Shown here piece by piece: positions 27,206 to 34,957 of a stretch of DNA of 38,578 nt. The stretch is from Flavobacterium sp. GTDB taxonomy: Bacteria; Bacteroidota; Bacteroidia; Flavobacteriales; Flavobacteriaceae. Positions within the stretch are counted from its first letter, which is position 1. Each line of letters begins with the position of its first letter. The translations under genes and the position numbers were made by a program. The DNA lies in contig JAYVGE010000052.1 of assembly GCA_043772515.1 (NCBI GenBank), forward strand, positions 1-38,578. The letters are read 5' to 3'. The notes beneath the pieces are model-generated. The model ran no database searches and was not told where the DNA came from. It saw nothing but the letters and a program-made list of their open reading frames with translations.

Positions 27206-27230
27206 TTTTAAAATTCTCTTTTAAAAATAT

Positions 27231-27280
27231 AGCTACCTAAAATGAAGATATTCGTATCTTTGCTTTAAGGTAGCTTTTTT
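27231..27280 (+). terminator. etfA terminator containing a -7 promoter element
   Basis: AGCTACCT...AGGTAGCT followed by a T run, with an inner AAGATA-TTCG-TATCTT hairpin and TATCTTTG at 27255-27262. Confidence 0.6.
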
Positions 27281-27366
27281 ACGGGAATAATTTTGTTAAA
27301 AAAAGCTTACTTTTAATTGATAATAAAAAACTTAATGAAGTACGCCGTACTTTTTAATTCTGCATT

Positions 27367-27996
27367 ATGAGCTTAGTTAAATTAACGATAAAAGGAATAT
27401 CTTACAGTCAAACTCAAAATGGCGCTTACGCTTTAATTTTGAACGAAGTCGATGGCGAAAGAAAACTGCCAATTGTGATTGGTGCTTTTGAAGCGCAATC
27501 TATCGCAATTGCTTTGGAAAAAGAAATTAAACCACCACGCCCATTGACGCATGATTTATTCAAAAATTTTGCAGAACGCTTTGACATTGTTGTCAAACAA
27601 GTCATAATTCACAAACTAGTCGATGGTGTTTTTTATTCCAGTATTATTTGCGAAAGAGACAAAATAGAGGAAATTATTGATGCTAGAACTTCAGATGCGA
27701 TTGCATTGGCATTGCGTTTTAGTGCTCCTATTTTTACTTACAAAAATATTCTTGACAAAGCAGGGATATTCCTAAAATCGAACCCATTACAAACGGATAA
27801 AGATTCGCAAGAGATAGACGATATTTTGTCTAATCCAGATACTTTCGGACATGAAGAAGAGAGTAATCAATCGGGGAGTACGTATGCTAAACACAGCCTT
27901 CAGGAATTAAGCGAATTATTGGATCTGGCTGTAGAACAGGAAGATTACGAAAAAGCAGCGAAAATTCGTGATGAAATTTCGAAGAGAGAATCTTAA
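27367..27996 (+). CDS. Bifunctional nuclease family (DUF151) protein with C-terminal UVR domain
   Basis: LPIVIGAFEAQSI, RPLTHDL and IDARTSDAIALA motifs, plus the UVR tail AVEQEDYEKAAKIRDEI. Confidence 0.92.
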   Translation: MSLVKLTIKGISYSQTQNGAYALILNEVDGERKLPIVIGAFEAQSIAIALEKEIKPPRPLTHDLFKNFAERFDIVVKQVIIHKLVDGVFYSSIICERDKIEEIIDARTSDAIALALRFSAPIFTYKNILDKAGIFLKSNPLQTDKDSQEIDDILSNPDTFGHEEESNQSGSTYAKHSLQELSELLDLAVEQEDYEKAAKIRDEISKRES

Positions 27997-28090
27997 ATTA
28001 TTGATCGGCAGTCCGTTTTTTACTGTTCTGATAGCAGGTTTTTGAAAACTAAATTTCTAAACGCATAAAAATATAACCATAAAAACGAGC

Positions 28091-28115
28091 AGATTGCTCC
28101 GTTCCTCGTAAAAAC
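28091..28115 (+). repeat. Half-copy of the GATTGC..CGTTCCTCG repeat abutting the thyA ATG
   Basis: AGATTGCTCCGTTCCTCGTAAAAAC versus GATTGCCACGTTCCTCGCAAGAC at 17191. Confidence 0.6.
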
Positions 28116-28967
28116 ATGAAACAATATTTAGATTTAGTGCAACACGTTATGGAAAACGGTTGTCAAAAAGGCGATAGAACTGGAACGGGAACAAAAAGTG
28201 TATTTGGATACCAAATGCGATTTGATTTGAGCGAGGGTTTTCCGATGGTTACCACCAAAAAGTTACATCTAAAATCTATTATTTACGAATTGCTTTGGTT
28301 TTTAAAAGGCGATACAAACATTAAATATCTTCAGGAAAACGGGGTGAAAATATGGGATGCTTGGGCAGATTCCAACGGCGATTTGGGTCCTGTTTATGGT
28401 CATCAATGGCGCAACTGGAATAGTGAAGAAATTGACCAGATCTCGGAGCTCATTGCCGAACTCAAAACTAATCCCAATAGTCGCAGAATGCTCGTTTCTG
28501 CCTGGAACCCGTCTGTGCTTCCCGATACCACTAAATCATTCGAGGAAAATGTTGCCAATAACAAAGCCGCATTGCCTCCATGCCATGCTTTCTTTCAGTT
28601 TTACGTAGCTTCTCCCGATGTGTCAAAAGGAGAAACCAAAGGAAAATTATCTTGTCAATTGTACCAACGAAGTGCCGATATTTTCTTGGGAGTTCCTTTT
28701 AATATTGCTTCGTATGCTTTGTTTACCATGATGATTGCGCAGGTTTGCGACCTAGAAGTCGGCGAATTTATTCACACTTTTGGCGACGCTCATATTTACA
28801 ACAACCATTTTGAGCAATTGGAATTACAATTGTCTCGCGAGCCAAAATCGTTACCAAAAATGATTTTGAATCCAGCAGTAAAAGATATTTTCGATTTTGA
28901 TTTTGAGGATTTTACACTCGAAGGATACGAACCACATGCACTTATAAAAGGAAATGTTGCGGTGTAA
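28116..28967 (+). CDS. thyA: Thymidylate synthase
   Basis: DRTGTGT, ELLWFL, LPPCH and [18 protein letters not shown] motifs. Confidence 0.98.
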   Translation: MKQYLDLVQHVMENGCQKGDRTGTGTKSVFGYQMRFDLSEGFPMVTTKKLHLKSIIYELLWFLKGDTNIKYLQENGVKIWDAWADSNGDLGPVYGHQWRNWNSEEIDQISELIAELKTNPNSRRMLVSAWNPSVLPDTTKSFEENVANNKAALPPCHAFFQFYVASPDVSKGETKGKLSCQLYQRSADIFLGVPFNIASYALFTMMIAQVCDLEVGEFIHTFGDAHIYNNHFEQLELQLSREPKSLPKMILNPAVKDIFDFDFEDFTLEGYEPHALIKGNVAV

Positions 28968-29064
28968 AAATAAGTGTTTCATAAAATGGATTCTGAACTA
29001 CTTAGTACATTAAAGGGTTTGTTTTTAGCTACTTTTCAAAAGCTTATTATTCTTAAACTCTAAT

Positions 29065-29094
29065 ACCTACAAGGTCTTTTTTGACCTTGTAGGT
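29065..29094. repeat. REP-like palindrome (ACCTACAAGG family)
   Basis: Perfect 12-bp stem ACCTACAAGGTC/GACCTTGTAGGT with a T6 loop. Confidence 0.75.
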
Positions 29095-29378
29095 GTGTTT
29101 TTCAAGTTATTGGTTTATTCAAAAAGCTTAATACGTATAAACTCTACTATTAACTCATGCGTTTGCTTTGGTCTTCTTTATTAATTTATTATTAACATGG
29201 TGAGTTTTGCATTTTGTTCTTTATCCTTACCTCATTCAATATTTTTATCTCTAGTTGCTTGTAAAACATTTGATTGTGATTTTCAAGCGACAACTCCCTT
29301 TAATGCTGATTATTAAAAAAAGGTTGCTTTTTGGTAAATTTCGCAAAAAAAGAACTATAAAATTTCATATTAAAAAAA

Positions 29379-29392
29379 AGAAAACGTTTTCT
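29379..29392. promoter_or_regulatory. LacI-family-like operator candidate
   Basis: Perfect palindrome AGAAAACGTTTTCT with a central CG, about 65 nt upstream of the 2TM gene. Confidence 0.4.
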
Positions 29393-29457
29393 CTTTAAAT
29401 AATCTCCCAAGAAAATACGTTTTCCGAAATAAATTTTATCTTTATAATCTAAAAATT

Positions 29458-29796
29458 ATGTACATGGAAAAAGAACTGCACGAACAGTATGAATATGCCC
29501 GAAGAAGATTAAAGCAAAAAAAGATGTTGTATTTTCATTTTGTAATTTTCATTTTAGGCAGTCTTTTTTTGTTTATCAGTAATACTTATTTAGACCATGG
29601 TATTAATCCAAATTGGTGTATCTGGGTAATTACTATTTGGTTATTTCTCTTTATCCTACACTTCATAAAAGTATACATAACAGATCGGTTTATGAATAAA
29701 AACTGGGAAAGAGAGCAAATAGACCGTTTGGTTGCTCAACAACAAAAAAGAATAAACCAATTACAAACACAAATCGAGAAAGATTCTTCAAAATAA
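29458..29796 (+). CDS. 2TM domain-containing protein
   Basis: YEYARRRLKQKKMLYFHF, two TM helices and the NWEREQI tail. The start may be the ATG at 29464. Confidence 0.85.
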   Translation: MYMEKELHEQYEYARRRLKQKKMLYFHFVIFILGSLFLFISNTYLDHGINPNWCIWVITIWLFLFILHFIKVYITDRFMNKNWEREQIDRLVAQQQKRINQLQTQIEKDSSK

Positions 29797-29808
29797 TTTC
29801 AAAATAAA

Positions 29809-30291
29809 ATGATAGTAATGATTGCGGCTGTAGCCGAAAATAATGCACTCGGAAAAAACAACGAACTGGTTTGGCATCTTCCAAATGATTTTAAAAGATT
29901 TAAATCACTTACTACGGGACACCACATTGTTATGGGGAGAAAAACTTTTGAAAGTTTTCCAAAACCCTTGCCCAACAGAACACATATAATAATTACAAGG
30001 CAAAAAAATTACCATCCAGAAAATTGTATTGTTGTAGACAGTATTGAAAAAGCTATTGCGATCTGTCCAAAAGAGGATACATCCTATATTATTGGCGGTG
30101 GAGAAATTTATACTTTAGGCCTCCCGTTTACCGATAAAATCGAAATTACTAGAGTACATCACCACTTTGAGGCCGATACTTTTTTTCCTAAAATCAATAT
30201 AGAAGAATGGAAAATTCTCCAATCAGAATTTAATCCTAAAGATGAGAAACACGACTATGATTACACTTACCAGACCTATGGTAGGAAATAA
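29809..30291 (+). CDS. folA: Dihydrofolate reductase
   Basis: WHLPNDFKRFK, MGRKTFES, PLPNR, IIGGGEIY and ADTFFP motifs. Confidence 0.97.
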   Translation: MIVMIAAVAENNALGKNNELVWHLPNDFKRFKSLTTGHHIVMGRKTFESFPKPLPNRTHIIITRQKNYHPENCIVVDSIEKAIAICPKEDTSYIIGGGEIYTLGLPFTDKIEITRVHHHFEADTFFPKINIEEWKILQSEFNPKDEKHDYDYTYQTYGRK

Positions 30292-31132
30292 GGAAGTATA
30301 ATGTTTGTAGAAAGATAGAAAACGTAGCAAAATTTCAGTAAAACGCTTTGAAATCATTGACAGAGAGATACTCACTGATAAAAGCCTTATCAATAGAAGA
30401 CCGATCAAACGGATTTGCTAAAGTGAAAAGCTTATGAAAGTAGATTTTGAAAAGAATTAGAATTAATTAATCCATTCGTGCTTTACTTTTTTTGATCCTA
30501 AAATGAATCTTTTAAAAGCACACGAATGTGAGGAATAGTGCTCCCTTTAAAATAAAAAAAAGCACCCCATTTTTGCAGGATGCTTTTTATTTATGCAATG
30601 AATAAAAAAAATGACTTTTCTTGAAACACCATTGATGACATTAATTAAAACTATGTTCAAAAAGAACGAACGAAGTACAATCAATCCCAAATAGAGAGTA
30701 TCTCTCAAAAAACAGGTTTTTAATGCCAAATACCACGAAGGCCTTAAAAACACATAAAATTAAATCCCCAAAAACAAATTTAATTGTAAGAACGTATTTG
30801 CGCTTTTTTGCAATACTCCATTTAATAAATAGAGTTGCAGAAGAGTTACAAGAACAAATGGTATAATAGCACCGAAAACTACCATTTGATTTGAGTCATT
30901 AAATCATTGAACTAAATATGAATATCTAATACAGCAAAATACAGCAATAAAAACGTCACATACAATACCCACTTTTAGTGATATTTCAAAAAAAATCAAT
31001 TTATTTTTATTGGACTTAGAAAACAGTAAATTTGTAGAAAAGTTCCTTTTTACTAAAAAATATCTTCCTGTAAATCCCCAGATTACATTTAAAATTTGCT
31101 TAGTTTGTGCTATATTTGTACAAATAATAAAA

Positions 31133-31864
31133 ATGTCAAAAGAAATAACACCATACAAAAATTCAACATTAGGCAAGAAAGAACAAGTTGCTAAAATGTT
31201 TGACACCATCTCTGGGAACTACGATAACCTGAATCGAGTTATATCTTTTGGGATAGATGTAAAATGGAGAAAGAAAGTTTTAGAATTGGTAGTAAAGTCA
31301 AATCCTAAAATTATTTTGGATATTGCTACGGGAACTGGAGATTTGGCTATTTTGATGGCCAAAACAGATGCCGATAAAATTATAGGATTGGATATTTCTG
31401 CTGGGATGCTTGAAATTGGGAAAAACAAAATAGAAGCAAAAAATCTATCTAATACTATCGAAATGGTTTTGGCAGATTCGGAAAACATGCCTTTTGGAGA
31501 TAACACTTTCGACGCTATTACAGTCGCATTTGGAGTTCGAAATTTTGAAAATTTAGAAAAAGGTCTCGCCGAAATACTACGAGTTTTAAAACCCAACGGA
31601 ATATTTGTTATTCTTGAAACTTCGGTGCCTGTAAAGACACCTTATAAACAAGGTTATGCTTTTTACTGTAACAACATACTACCAATTATAGGAAAAATCT
31701 TCTCAAAAGATACTGTTGCCTATGGGTATTTATCCGAATCTGCAGCAGCTTTCCCTTATGGAGAAGTCTTAAACAATATTTTGAGAAAAGTTGGGTTTAT
31801 AGAGGTACAAGCAATGTCACAAACATTTGGGGTTGCTACTATTTATTCTGGTTCAAAAAAATAA
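31133..31864 (+). CDS. ubiE: Demethylmenaquinone methyltransferase (MenG/UbiE)
   Basis: KKEQVAKMFDTI, LDIATGTGD, VAFGVRN and YGYLSES motifs. True start probably ATG 31133, with TATATTTG at 31111-31118. Confidence 0.95.
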   Translation: MSKEITPYKNSTLGKKEQVAKMFDTISGNYDNLNRVISFGIDVKWRKKVLELVVKSNPKIILDIATGTGDLAILMAKTDADKIIGLDISAGMLEIGKNKIEAKNLSNTIEMVLADSENMPFGDNTFDAITVAFGVRNFENLEKGLAEILRVLKPNGIFVILETSVPVKTPYKQGYAFYCNNILPIIGKIFSKDTVAYGYLSESAAAFPYGEVLNNILRKVGFIEVQAMSQTFGVATIYSGSKK

Positions 31865-31887
31865 CATTCAAAATTTTGGGACAACCT

Positions 31888-32047
31888 ATGAAAGGAGCAG
31901 GACTGTAGTTGGTCTTAATTGAAAATCATCGAATACTAAAATAGTAATCGATACGATAAATACCAGTGAAGTTGTGCGACCCGAGCTTTTGCGAATAGGC
32001 GAAGCAATTCGGTATTCTATAAAAAAAACAAATAGTATCTACTTATG
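31888..32047 (+). repeat. Dispersed three-block leader element, copy 2 (ends at the porT ATG)
   Basis: Same three blocks as 3946-4070. The spacer contains the hairpin ATCGAATACT-AAAAT-AGTAATCGAT. Confidence 0.8.
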
Positions 32048-32758
32048 AGAAAATTAATTATACTCTTTTTACTGTTTTTTACAATCAAAGGAAATGCTCA
32101 GTTTACAAGGAGTATCTTTAGTAAAGACCCCATTATGAATCTTGAAAACTGGGATAAGCAAAGGGTGTATTTTGGATTTTATCTGGGATTCAATTCATAC
32201 GATTTTAAGTTAGATTATAAAGACGTAGGAGATGATGTTTTGGTTAAAAGAACGACCGGATTTAATGTAGGTTTAGTAAGTGATTTAAAGCTTTACGACC
32301 ACATCAACCTGCGTTTTGAACCGGGTTTATATTATACCCAAAGAGATTTGCATTACCCGATTAGTAGTGGTCTCGTATCCGAATCAGACAGGATAAGAGA
32401 AGTAAGTAGTACCAACATTCATTTTCCTCTATTGTTGAAGTTTTCTGCACTCAGAACAGGAAATGTTCGCCCTTATTTACTCGGAGGTGCATCTGCTACG
32501 CTAAATTTATCTAGTAATCAAAAATCTAAAGACGATAATTTGGAAGATCAATTTCGCGTAAAGACTTGGACAACCAATTATGAATTGGGTTTCGGTATTG
32601 ATTTGTTTTCTGAATATTTTATATTTTCTCCATCCATACGAGGTGTTTTTGGTATAAATGATGAATTAATTCGTGACAAAGATGCCAACAGCCCTTGGAC
32701 AGGCAATATTGAATCTCTAAAAACTAGAGCTGTTTTTATTAACTTTACTTTTCACTAG
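32045..32758 (+). CDS. porT: Type IX secretion/gliding outer-membrane beta-barrel PorT/SprT
   Basis: Signal peptide, GFYLGFNSYDF, GFNVG, LRFEPGL and HFPLLLKF motifs; ubiE-porT-trmH-tamL neighbourhood as recalled for Flavobacteriaceae. Confidence 0.85.
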   Translation: MRKLIILFLLFFTIKGNAQFTRSIFSKDPIMNLENWDKQRVYFGFYLGFNSYDFKLDYKDVGDDVLVKRTTGFNVGLVSDLKLYDHINLRFEPGLYYTQRDLHYPISSGLVSESDRIREVSSTNIHFPLLLKFSALRTGNVRPYLLGGASATLNLSSNQKSKDDNLEDQFRVKTWTTNYELGFGIDLFSEYFIFSPSIRGVFGINDELIRDKDANSPWTGNIESLKTRAVFINFTFH

Positions 32759-32974
32759 AGACTAGTTTTTAGTCGCAGCATTGCCTTTTAGTGTAAACTG
32801 TGACCGAAAATTAAAAACTATCCGGAAGGCTATTTAGAATAATTGAGATGGCTACTTCATTACAATGCAACCAGAAACGATGAAAACTTGTATTTATGTT
32901 TTGAATCGGGTTTAAAAAATACAACTCCGACAAAAAATGATTAATTTTGTTGAAGGTTTTTAGAGAAAATAAAT

Positions 32975-33883
32975 ATGAAGGCAAGATATATAAACCCATT
33001 TACCGATTTCGGATTTAAGAAAATCTTTGGAGAAGAAGCTAGCAAGCCTCTGCTTATTGATTTTTTGAATGCATTATTGCTACAAACTAACAAAATAATT
33101 GATCTAACATTCAAAAACACAGAACAATTAGGACAAACGGAATTCGATAGAAAAGCAATTTATGATATTTACTGCGAAAACGAAATAGGCGAAAAATTTA
33201 TTGTCGAATTGCAAAAAGCAAGACAAAATTATTTTAAGGAAAGAACTATTTATTACGCCACTTTTCCAATTCAAGAACAGGCAGAAAGAGGAGAATGGAA
33301 TTATAATTTGAAAGCCGTTTACTGTATAGGTATTTTGGATTTTACTTTTGACGATTACGAAAATGAACTCGAAAAAAACGAAGTCGTTCATACTATAAAA
33401 TTAAAAAATCAAAATGGTAAGACATTTTACGAAAAACTGACCTACATTTATCTTGAAATGCCTAATTTCAAAACTGATGAAGTCAATTTGAAAACTCGAT
33501 TAGACAAATGGTTGTATTTTATTAAACACTTGGAAGATTTTCAAACTATTCCGATAATATTTACTGACGAAATTTTCTCGAAAGCCTTTGAAAAAGCGGA
33601 ACTTGCATCATACAATCAGGCAGAACGAGACAGGTATCAAACAAGTCTGAAGTCCTTTAGAGACAACAAAGCCGTTTTTGATTATGTCAAAGATACCGCC
33701 TACGATGAAGGGAAACTCGAAGGAAAACTCGAAGGAAAACTCGAAGGGAAACTCGAAGGGAAGCTCGAAGGAAAATTGGAACGAAATTTTGAAATTGCAA
33801 AAAGTGCAAAACAAATGGGACTAAAAACAGGAGATATCATTTCCTTGACAGGACTTACAAAAGAAGAAATTGAAAAGCTATAA
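32975..33883 (+). CDS. Rpn family PD-(D/E)XK nuclease / putative transposase
   Basis: NPFTDFGFKKIFG, DIYC...FIVELQ, YFKERTIYY, LDKWLYF, EGKL repeats and the ISLTGLTKEEIEKL HTH tail. Confidence 0.92.
   Translation: MKARYINPFTDFGFKKIFGEEASKPLLIDFLNALLLQTNKIIDLTFKNTEQLGQTEFDRKAIYDIYCENEIGEKFIVELQKARQNYFKERTIYYATFPIQEQAERGEWNYNLKAVYCIGILDFTFDDYENELEKNEVVHTIKLKNQNGKTFYEKLTYIYLEMPNFKTDEVNLKTRLDKWLYFIKHLEDFQTIPIIFTDEIFSKAFEKAELASYNQAERDRYQTSLKSFRDNKAVFDYVKDTAYDEGKLEGKLEGKLEGKLEGKLEGKLERNFEIAKSAKQMGLKTGDIISLTGLTKEEIEKL
33707..33778 (+). repeat. Coding 12-bp tandem repeat x6 (EGKL)
   Basis: GAAGGRAARCTC units, the last ending in TTG. Confidence 0.95.
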
Positions 33884-34188
33884 AACACCCCCACTTTAAT
33901 TTATTACTAGAGATTACTTTTTAGTCTCAATCTGTTCGCTAGCCATTAGTTATTTCGAATTAGTCTAATGAAAAATTTATTTAAAAAAAAACAATAATCA
34001 CAACTATTCAGCCTATACCAAATTGATGTAGGATTTAAATAAAAAAAAAGATACGAATTTGCACAAATTGTATTGTAAAATGGGATTCGATTTTTGTTTT
34101 CAATACGTCTTAATTGTTACAATTCGTGCAAAAATTTTGTTAGTTCGAATAGTTGCGAAGAATCAATAGTACAAGTGGGTACTAAAAA

Positions 34189-34920
34189 TTAAAAGCTACC
34201 TCTACGAAACTCACTTAAAATAATGGCAGTTGCAGTCGCTACATTTAGGCTTTCGGTTTGCTGAAGTGCTCCAAAACGAGGAATTGAAAGCCGGTTTTTG
34301 GATTGTTTTTCGAGTTCGGCAGAAATTCCATTCGCTTCATTTCCCATAATAACAATTCCTTCTTGTGGCAAGTTAGTTTTATAGATAGAATCTCCGTCCA
34401 TAAAGGTGCCAAAAACAGGTAAATTAGATTGACTTATAAAAGAATTCAAATCAATATAATTTACGTTGACTCTCGCAATAGATCCCATTGTAGCTTGAAC
34501 CACTTTGGGATTATAGATATCAACTGTTTCTTTTGAGCATAGTAATTGTTTAACCCCAAACCAATCGCAGAGTCTGAGTATCGTTCCTAGATTTCCAGGA
34601 TCTCGAATAGCGTCGAGGGCAATGACTAGTCCCGTTTCGATAATTGGTTTTTCGGCGGGTATTTTGAACACCGCCAAGCAGCTGTTAGGAGTTGTTAAAG
34701 CACTTATTTTACGGAGTTCGCCTTCGTTAATTAGTGTTTTTTTAGTGTTCAAAACACGCTCAAAATCTGTTCTTGTAGTGTAAAGATGTTCTAATTCAAA
34801 ATTGGAATCTAACAACTCTTGCACTACTTTTACACCTTCGGCAAAAAACAATTGATACGTAAAACGGTGTTTTTTTTGTTGTAAACTTGATATAAGTTTT
34901 ATTTGGTTTTTACTAACCAT
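34189..34920 (-). CDS. TrmH/SpoU family RNA methyltransferase
   Basis: IRDPGNLGTILR, MGNEANGIS and ESLNVATA motifs. Start placed at MVSKNQIK. Confidence 0.93.
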   Translation of the reverse strand: MVSKNQIKLISSLQQKKHRFTYQLFFAEGVKVVQELLDSNFELEHLYTTRTDFERVLNTKKTLINEGELRKISALTTPNSCLAVFKIPAEKPIIETGLVIALDAIRDPGNLGTILRLCDWFGVKQLLCSKETVDIYNPKVVQATMGSIARVNVNYIDLNSFISQSNLPVFGTFMDGDSIYKTNLPQEGIVIMGNEANGISAELEKQSKNRLSIPRFGALQQTESLNVATATAIILSEFRRGSF

Positions 34921-34957
34921 AAAATAATGTACTTTTGAATTAAATATAGTAAGACAC

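Noticed and set aside
28500-28650. Insertions in ThyA relative to the E. coli enzyme
   Set aside because: Catalytic motifs are intact and there are no intein or intron signatures; these look like ordinary lineage-specific loops.
30292-31010. ~700-bp gap with short ORFs (30223-30408, 30547-30753, 30904-31209) and weak hairpins
   Set aside because: No recognisable protein motif in the frames I read. It may be a decayed gene, but a BLASTX search would be needed to support any call.
31010-31132. N-terminal extension of the ubiE ORF
   Set aside because: It contains the TATATTTG promoter element, and the recognisable protein begins at ATG 31133.
32975-33883. Calling the Rpn gene an IS element
   Set aside because: No matching terminal inverted repeats or target duplication were seen on both sides.
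33608-33894. Antisense ORFs with FPSS or FEFS repeats
   Set aside because: They are reverse-strand readings of the 12-bp EGKL repeat.
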